Assembly: GCA_019744845.1 (NCBI GenBank)
Contig: JAIETW010000006.1
Coordinates: 1-38,180 of the forward strand
Length of the DNA: 38,180 nt
Direction of reading: 5' to 3'
From: Patescibacteria group bacterium
Lineage (GTDB): Bacteria; Patescibacteriota; Minisyncoccia; Phycocordibacterales; Phycocordibacteraceae
Shown one piece after another: positions 33,035 through 38,180 of the stretch. Below the pieces are notes generated by a model. It was not told the DNA's origin and did no database searches. It was given only the letters and a program-made list of their open reading frames with translations. The translations under genes were made by a program, and so were the position numbers. How positions within the stretch are numbered: the stretch's first letter is position 1; the number at the start of each line of letters is the position of its first letter.

Positions 33035-33558
33035 CTTTCGCGGATTTCAATACGTGCGGGCCAAGGGAATGGTTCCATACCTTCCTCAAGTTCAAGCGTA
33101 CCCTCTGCCTGCATACCCTTCACACGGCCATCAAGATATTCTTTCCATACGATAAATTTACCGTCTTTGATCTTGCCGATGATGGCATCAGATACCACCT
33201 CACGTTTTCCAGTCTCTTCTTTCGTAGTCGCAAACTGCCACTCCACTGCGACATCATTCCCGTTCACTACGATAGTGTGGATGTAGACCTTGGTATCAGT
33301 GTAGGCATCAGCAAAGTAGCGCAGATCCTCTAGTGTCTCTGCTTTCGTGAGGCGGCGACCAGGATAGGCGAACACTGAGTCCTCGTGAAGGAGGGAGTCA
33401 AGAAGGATTTCATCTCCGGTCTCCCAGGCGCGTGCCATATCACGCACCATCCCCTCTACCTTCCGTTCATGTGTTGCCTCTACCTGGTTGTAGAGAAACG
33501 CACCAATGAGTACGGCAGCGGTTATCGCAGCGAGCGCAATAAGTTTCTTATGCTTCAT
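33031..33558 (-). CDS. membrane-anchored NTF2-like (SnoaL/DUF4440-type) protein
   Basis: N-terminal TM helix (LIALAAITAAVLIGAFLY), then an alpha+beta cone pattern (ARAWETGDEILLDSLLHEDSVFAYP...VEWQF...). Confidence 0.6.
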   Translation of the reverse strand: MKHKKLIALAAITAAVLIGAFLYNQVEATHERKVEGMVRDMARAWETGDEILLDSLLHEDSVFAYPGRRLTKAETLEDLRYFADAYTDTKVYIHTIVVNGNDVAVEWQFATTKEETGKREVVSDAIIGKIKDGKFIVWKEYLDGRVKGMQAEGTLELEEGMEPFPWPARIEIRES

Positions 33559-33818
33559 TATTCAACAACTGAGGCAATCTCTTTGAGATTGTTCGTCGCG
33601 GTTTCTTCAAGTGCGGTGAGCGCGGCAACCTTGAGGTCTAGATCTGCCGCAAGTTCTTCGTACACAGCTGCTTCTTCAAGAAGAAGACCCTTAATATCCT
33701 GAGGCACTTCTGCGTCACCAGGAAGGTTGTATTGTGCAACCATAGACGCGATTTCGGTCATGCGAGGAGATTCAAACTCTCCACTGGTAAGAAGGGAAGA
33801 TAGGGTGGCGATAGTCAT
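33558..33818 (-). CDS. hypothetical small acidic protein (86 aa)
   Basis: ATG 33818 lies 3 nt after the upstream stop. Its stop overlaps the downstream ATG (33558). No family recognised. Confidence 0.5.
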   Translation of the reverse strand: MTIATLSSLLTSGEFESPRMTEIASMVAQYNLPGDAEVPQDIKGLLLEEAAVYEELAADLDLKVAALTALEETATNNLKEIASVVE

Positions 33819-33820
33819 GG

Positions 33821-34738
33821 TTATTCAGCAGCTATTGGGAGAGGTTCTCCTCCTTCCTCATCATCTCGGCGTTGTTCTGCGGCAGCGGTAGAAGAAGGGG
33901 TGCTAATGGGAACTCTCACTGCTTTTGCAGCAGCGGGGGCTGGTTCATCTATATCATCTTCGTGAATGCCACGAAGCCTACGCGCAGCGGCGTTGAGTTC
34001 GTTTCGCGCCTTAACGAGGACATTGCGTCGTTCGCGTGAGCGGCGAGCGTATTCAGCGTATACAAGTGCTTCAAGCGCGATGTAGTAGTTGGCCTCAAAG
34101 GTGTTGAGAGGCTGGAGCTCAGTTTCTTCTTCTGCTGGAGCAGGTACTGGCGCTCCTTCTTCGGTGACAGGGACGAGCTGCACGCGAAAGAACTGACCAC
34201 CCATCTCTACGAGACCTTCAGATTCAGAAGAGAGTACTCCTTGTGCTTCGTGACTTCGTGCGATTTTCTCTGCGCGTTTCTCAAGAGCAGAGAATTCTTC
34301 CACGGTCATGTTGGCCTTCTCAAAGGCAAGTCGCATGGCGCGATCATAGATGTTGAAATGCGACTGACGACGAGCCTCCATCGCACTCTCCTCGCGGAAC
34401 TTCTCACGTAGAGCTGCGTAGTGCCTCAATCGTGCCTTTGATTCATGGAGTTCTGCGTCAATGTTTACAAGCACGCTTTTGATTGCTTCGCGGCGACCTT
34501 TAGAAAACGGTACAAATCGCAGCATGTACTCTGCACCACCCCACCATGTTTGACCAAATTCTTGTCCAGACTTCTTTTCGCGTTCAACTGCGACTCGGCG
34601 GTCTATATCCGCTGTCTTTCTCGCTGCTTCCGCTTTATATGCGGCAACTCGCGCATCTTCCTCTGCACGTGCTGCTTTTATCGCAGGATGTAACTCAGGT
34701 GCACGATTCCCTCCACGTGGTGATTGGCTTTGCTTCAT
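33821..34738 (-). CDS. hypothetical coiled-coil protein (305 aa)
   Basis: Arg/Glu/Ala-rich helical protein with no TM helix. First gene of a three-gene operon driven by a canonical promoter. Confidence 0.55.
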   Translation of the reverse strand: MKQSQSPRGGNRAPELHPAIKAARAEEDARVAAYKAEAARKTADIDRRVAVEREKKSGQEFGQTWWGGAEYMLRFVPFSKGRREAIKSVLVNIDAELHESKARLRHYAALREKFREESAMEARRQSHFNIYDRAMRLAFEKANMTVEEFSALEKRAEKIARSHEAQGVLSSESEGLVEMGGQFFRVQLVPVTEEGAPVPAPAEEETELQPLNTFEANYYIALEALVYAEYARRSRERRNVLVKARNELNAAARRLRGIHEDDIDEPAPAAAKAVRVPISTPSSTAAAEQRRDDEEGGEPLPIAAE

Positions 34739-34747
34739 AGTGTCCCA

Positions 34748-34777
34748 ATTATCGCTTCATAATTGAACTCTTGTCAA
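34748..34777 (-). promoter_or_regulatory. canonical sigma70 promoter (TTGACA, 18 nt, GATAAT), 9 nt upstream of ATG 34738
   Basis: Minus strand reads TTGACAagagttcaattatgaagcGATAATtgggacactATG. -35 at 34772-34777, -10 at 34748-34753. Confidence 0.6.
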
Positions 34778-34829
34778 GAAGCTCAGGTATGCATTCTTGA
34801 AAACGGAAGTGCCTAGCCAACACTGACTC

Positions 34830-36185
34830 TTACTCGCCGTTTTTAGCAAAAAGTTCTTGCAGAGGTGTGCGGAGATGGAGCGGAATATTCTGCTCCATTC
34901 CTTTTGCCAGGTCGTTTCTTTCTTGTGGATCCGTGTGAAGGTTGAAATACTCAAATATCTCCTTCGGTTCCGGATAGTTAAATGATTCCCATCGTGCTTT
35001 CTCCATACCAACTCGGACGGCGTATTCATGACCCTCAATGATAGGAGTGTCGGTCCCCGCAACGCCTGCTGCCTCTATACTCACGGGTACGTTTCGTACG
35101 CTCTCAGAGGATATTGCAGAGAGATACTCAGGTTTTCCGTTTACAAACGGAATGACACGCGAAGGCAACGAATGCCCGTGAAGGAGGGGAGTAAGGTCCC
35201 TGCCTTTGAAGGTGTCAGGGACCGACACTCCAGCAAGAGAAAGGATGGTTGGTGCCATATCCATGAGTGATACTGGTGTGTCTATACGCATACGATTGAC
35301 TCCAGGGACACGCATGAAAAGGGGAATATGCACTTCCTCCTCATAGAGACTTTGTGCGTGCCACACTTTATTATGCTCACCAAACGCCTCTCCATGATCT
35401 GCGGAGAGAATAATCACGGTATTCGCCAGCGTTTCTTTAGGAATACGTTCAAGGAAATCAGCGATATTGTCATCGGCTTGTGCGATTCCTTGATCGTAGC
35501 GAAGCTCAAAGGCGTGAACGCGCTCAGGATCAAGTGCTGGTTTCTCGTTCTCTTTCAAGAAATCAAACATGGTGACTGACTCATACCCCTCAAGCTCTTG
35601 ATAGAGCTCATTGTATGGCGCGCGCGGCTCAAAAGGGTCGTGTACTTCAAAGGTGTGCACCAGAAGAAAGAACGGAGAGGGATCTGCGATGATCGTGGGT
35701 AGGGTCTCGGTTGCAACCTCAAACGGAGGCCCCACGTTCGTGAAGGTGAGTTCTCCATCTTCAAATCCTCTGGTAATCGCATCAAGGATGAAAACGACTG
35801 GCAGAGGCACGACACCCTGCACGCGCACTCCTGCGTCACGCAGGGCGGATTGAAGATGAGGACGAGTCCCATCATCAAGCTCACGATAGGTGATATTCGT
35901 TGCAAGATCAGAGAAATACATACTCGTGAACGACGGGAGGGTCCACGGAGAATTTGCACTTGCCTGATCAAAAATCACCCCGTGCTCCTCAAAGAATGCG
36001 GTGGTGCGAGGAAGGGTGTCGCGCTCGTACCCGTAGGTGCCAATATGTCGGGCACCCAGCGTGTCTATCATGATGAGTATGACGTTGCAGCCCTCAGTAC
36101 ATGGGCGTTCTTTGTAGAGGGGAAAGAATGTCGCAATCAACACCCCGAGCAGTACAAGCACGAAAACAAGGGATATCTTTTTCAT
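34830..36185 (-). CDS. sulfatase-like hydrolase/transferase (alkaline phosphatase superfamily), membrane-anchored
   Basis: NVILIMIDTLGARH metal site. The nucleophile region SPWTLPSFTSMYF has Thr where true sulfatases have Cys/Ser and lacks the CxPxR arginine. SADHGE motif. N-terminal TM helix. Confidence 0.82.
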   Translation of the reverse strand: MKKISLVFVLVLLGVLIATFFPLYKERPCTEGCNVILIMIDTLGARHIGTYGYERDTLPRTTAFFEEHGVIFDQASANSPWTLPSFTSMYFSDLATNITYRELDDGTRPHLQSALRDAGVRVQGVVPLPVVFILDAITRGFEDGELTFTNVGPPFEVATETLPTIIADPSPFFLLVHTFEVHDPFEPRAPYNELYQELEGYESVTMFDFLKENEKPALDPERVHAFELRYDQGIAQADDNIADFLERIPKETLANTVIILSADHGEAFGEHNKVWHAQSLYEEEVHIPLFMRVPGVNRMRIDTPVSLMDMAPTILSLAGVSVPDTFKGRDLTPLLHGHSLPSRVIPFVNGKPEYLSAISSESVRNVPVSIEAAGVAGTDTPIIEGHEYAVRVGMEKARWESFNYPEPKEIFEYFNLHTDPQERNDLAKGMEQNIPLHLRTPLQELFAKNGE

Positions 36186-36314
36186 TTAGTTTCCAAACGG
36201 AAGGGTCACCTGATCTTCTGGTGCCTGCTTTTCGTTGTAGATATACGCATTGAGGGCGTAAAAGGCAAGTACAAGGATGGCAAGAACGCCTACGACCCAA
36301 AGAAATATTTTCAT
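36186..36314 (-). CDS. small single-pass membrane protein (42 aa) coupled to the sulfatase-like gene
   Basis: GGTATACT (36321-36328, minus), 6 nt, then ATG 36314 (MKIFLWVVGVLAILVLAFYALNAYIY...). The stop abuts the sulfatase-like gene's ATG 36185. Confidence 0.5.
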   Translation of the reverse strand: MKIFLWVVGVLAILVLAFYALNAYIYNEKQAPEDQVTLPFGN

Positions 36315-36444
36315 ACCAAAAGTATACCGTACAGGCCACTGCTCCATATATACGCTTTGATTCATGTGTTTCTCACGAAGATTTTTCAAATCTCATTTGT
36401 TCTTCAGCACTCCCTCACTAGAGATGGTGCATACTGTGGTGAGT

Positions 36445-36849
36445 ATGGACACTTCTCCTTCTCCCTATGTTCTCGTCGTTGATGATAATCGTGAAATCAC
36501 TAAAGGACTCGTACGACTCATCATGGCGCTCGGATGGTCTGCGCGCGGTGCGTATTCTGCAAAGGAAGCAATAGCGCATCTTGAGGCGGGAGAAGTGGAG
36601 CTTCTCCTTATTGATATCAATATGCCAGAGATGGACGGGTATGAACTTATTGCGTTTCTTCGTAACGAAATGAGAAGTGTGGTTCCTACCATTGCACTTA
36701 CTGGGTACGGTCTTTCGGAGGATCGTCAGAAAGCACTTCATGCAGGATTTAACGCACATCTCACCAAGCCTATTGGGAAAGAAGAGCTTGAACGAGCCAT
36801 TGGTACATTTCTTCTCTCTTCGCTGTCTAACAAAAAGAGCCTCGTCTGA
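36445..36849 (+). CDS. stand-alone CheY-like response regulator receiver protein
   Basis: CATACT (36430-36435), 9 nt, then ATG 36445 (MDTSPSPYVLVVDDN...). Phospho-acceptor LLLIDINMPEMDG and conserved LTKP. No output domain. Confidence 0.85.
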   Translation: MDTSPSPYVLVVDDNREITKGLVRLIMALGWSARGAYSAKEAIAHLEAGEVELLLIDINMPEMDGYELIAFLRNEMRSVVPTIALTGYGLSEDRQKALHAGFNAHLTKPIGKEELERAIGTFLLSSLSNKKSLV

Positions 36850-36858
36850 GGCTCTTTT
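36832..36858. terminator. bidirectional intrinsic terminator
   Basis: agagcctc (36836-36843), loop gtct, gaggctct (36848-36855), with A-run and T-run flanks. Confidence 0.75.
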
Positions 36859-36869
36859 GTGGAGGGAGA

Positions 36870-36998
36870 CTACTTGCGCTTCTTTTTGGTTGCGCGAGCC
36901 TCAAGCATCGCCTTCTTCACCGCAAGACGCTTCTTGGTCTTGGGAGTCTTCTTGCGGGGCTTCTTAGGGCTTACACCCTGGCTGTTTCGGTGCCACAT
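36870..36998 (-). CDS. candidate 42-aa highly basic peptide (MWHRNSQGVSPKKPRKKTPKTKKRLAVKKAMLEARATKKKRK)
   Basis: ATG 36998 lies 6 nt after TAATAC (37005-37010, minus). It ends at TAG 36870-36872, directly before the bidirectional terminator. Below the ORF-track size cutoff. Confidence 0.35.
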   Translation of the reverse strand: MWHRNSQGVSPKKPRKKTPKTKKRLAVKKAMLEARATKKKRK

Positions 36999-37037
36999 AC
37001 GTAGGTATTAATGATTATGTGTGAAGAGTATACCGCA

Positions 37038-37391
37038 CTATTTCTTTTCCATCCCAGGAAGGATGTTGGTAGGCATAACCTCTATGGTACCGCCTGGAAT
37101 CTTCAAATGAGGGTGTCCTTCAAAGAGTTGCGCTGCCGCTTCCGTAGATTCTGCTTCTACCATTGAGTAAAGCATGATGTTATTGGCCACATCCTGGACT
37201 CCTTCAGGGGTAATGCGCTTGGTTTTACCTGCGCCTGCAGTTTCAAGAAGGGAAGAGGAGTGTGCAGATGCCCATGCGTCCCAGTCCGCTTTCATCTTCT
37301 CTTCTTCGCTCTTACGAATCTCTGGATCAATCTTCATCCATTCAGCGAGCCCTTCTGCGGGCATGAGGTACAACACAAGGAATTTGCTCAT
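37038..37391 (-). CDS. hypothetical protein (117 aa)
   Basis: TAGACA (37398-37403, minus), 6 nt, then ATG 37391. Small alpha+beta-looking soluble protein. No family recognised with confidence. Confidence 0.55.
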   Translation of the reverse strand: MSKFLVLYLMPAEGLAEWMKIDPEIRKSEEEKMKADWDAWASAHSSSLLETAGAGKTKRITPEGVQDVANNIMLYSMVEAESTEAAAQLFEGHPHLKIPGGTIEVMPTNILPGMEKK

Positions 37392-37552
37392 AGGGTATGT
37401 CTAGTTGCTATAACGCTACAGTATATCAGTTCCCGTTAGGGTATAGACCTGCGTCATCACGACCATCCACGCAGCTGTACACAGACATCCAAGGCATTGA
37501 ACTAATGGTATCTTGATTGCAAGACCGAAGTGGTCCCTAAAGATACGTACCC

Positions 37553-38125
37553 ATGAAAAATAAGACTATGCGATTTGGTGTTGCGGCAATGTTTGCCCTC
37601 GTGCTCATGGGGGGTGCATTTGTAGCGGTTCCGACACCAACCGTGCACGCGGAAAGCGGATCTTCCTACTCCAACGCAAGTATTGAAGAGCTTCGTGAGA
37701 TGCTTCTTTCATTGATGCAGCAGCTGATTGTACTTCTTGAAGCGCAGAAGAACGGAATGGCGTCTGACGACTCAGATGATGACTCCTGTGACGACATTGG
37801 TCTTACGGAACTTGAAGCAGAGATCTTCACCAATGAAACAGTTGTGCAGATTGAACTCAATGGTGACAAGGATGTACTTGTTACCTCAGCCGATAGTCGC
37901 GCAGAGATTATTGACGCGGTCATGGACGAGTATCCTTCATTGAGTGAAGACGAGGTAGACGACCTTCTTACTGTTGAAGAGGAGGATCGTGCTAGTCGTG
38001 CAGAAGATAAAGATTGGGGAGATGATGATTCTTCGTGTGACGAAGACGAAGACGAAGACGAAGACGAAGACGAAAATGACGATGACGATGATGACGATGA
38101 CGATGATGAAGACGAGGACGACTAA
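37553..38125 (+). CDS. secreted, extremely acidic protein with poly-Asp/Glu C-terminal tail
   Basis: Signal peptide MRFGVAAMFALVLMGGAFVAVPTPTVHA. Two acidic Cys-containing motifs (SDDSDDDSCDD, GDDDSSCDED). The tail is DEDEDEDEDEDENDDDDDDDDDDEDEDD. Confidence 0.65.
   Translation: MKNKTMRFGVAAMFALVLMGGAFVAVPTPTVHAESGSSYSNASIEELREMLLSLMQQLIVLLEAQKNGMASDDSDDDSCDDIGLTELEAEIFTNETVVQIELNGDKDVLVTSADSRAEIIDAVMDEYPSLSEDEVDDLLTVEEEDRASRAEDKDWGDDDSSCDEDEDEDEDEDENDDDDDDDDDDEDEDD
38039..38122 (+). repeat. (GACGAA)6 hexanucleotide tandem repeat followed by a GAY/GAR-rich run (codes the poly-acidic tail)
   Basis: Six exact gacgaa units at 38039-38074, then gac/gat/gaa/gag codons up to the stop at 38123-38125. 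Confidence 0.8.
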
Positions 38126-38142
38126 TATCTAAACCTCTTATG

Positions 38143-38167
38143 AAAAAGGCGCCAGAAGGCGCCTTTT
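38143..38167 (+). terminator. intrinsic terminator
   Basis: ggcgcc (38148-38153), loop agaa, ggcgcc (38158-38163), then tttt. An A-run lies upstream. Confidence 0.75.
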
Positions 38168-38180
38168 CTCTATGCTCCGC

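Noticed and set aside
1-38180. CRISPR arrays, transposases, integrases, prophage or known defence-system genes
   Set aside because: I saw no spaced direct-repeat array and no DDE, tyrosine or serine recombinase motifs in any ORF. The only tandem repeats are intragenic (31045-31458 and 38039-38122).
1-38180. Alternative genetic code (UGA recoding, as in some candidate phyla)
   Set aside because: Well-recognised genes (hisS, nrdA, purH, the FAD oxidase) are full length with no in-frame TGA, and TGA is used as a genuine stop (for example at 6959-6961 and 36847-36849).

Overview
Densely coding bacterial chromosome segment, about 50% GC by eye, with the standard genetic code. I saw no rRNA, tRNA, CRISPR array, transposase or integrase. 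Recognisable housekeeping genes are hisS, prmC, purN, purH, def, truB, class Ia ribonucleotide reductase (nrdA and nrdB about 2.9 kb apart), an ABC-2 exporter pair and an RRM-type RNA-binding protein. An envelope and signalling block covers about 23.9-31.7 kb: VanY-like carboxypeptidase, ECF sigma with a DUF5667-like anti-sigma candidate, OmpR-type response regulator with histidine kinase, a GH18 hydrolase and a tandem-repeat protein. There are also many small membrane proteins and several orphan proteins. Gene content (DUF5667, RRM protein, membrane DsbA, isolated purN/purH, tiny intergenic gaps) suggests a reduced-genome bacterium such as a CPR/Patescibacteria member; this is inference only. 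The main observations are listed here. (1) A GGTATACT-like -10 box sits 6-10 nt upstream of the first start codon of most transcription units, with no Shine-Dalgarno sequence, which implies mostly leaderless expression. Four divergent gene pairs (22-36 nt apart) each centre on one palindromic GTATAC core. (2) A probable unannotated plus-strand gene lies in the 353-nt purH/DUF1003 gap and has an ambiguous, possibly frameshifted, start. (3) A 7-TM internally duplicated membrane protein gene is split over two frames. (4) Five convergent gene pairs share CTAG/CTAA stop-stop overlaps. (5) A leaderless 13-codon uORF ends 3 nt before the ECF sigma start. (6) Several orphan operons and micro-ORFs are present. 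I could not recognise a complete, known defence or mobile system. The candidate novel elements are ranked in the findings.
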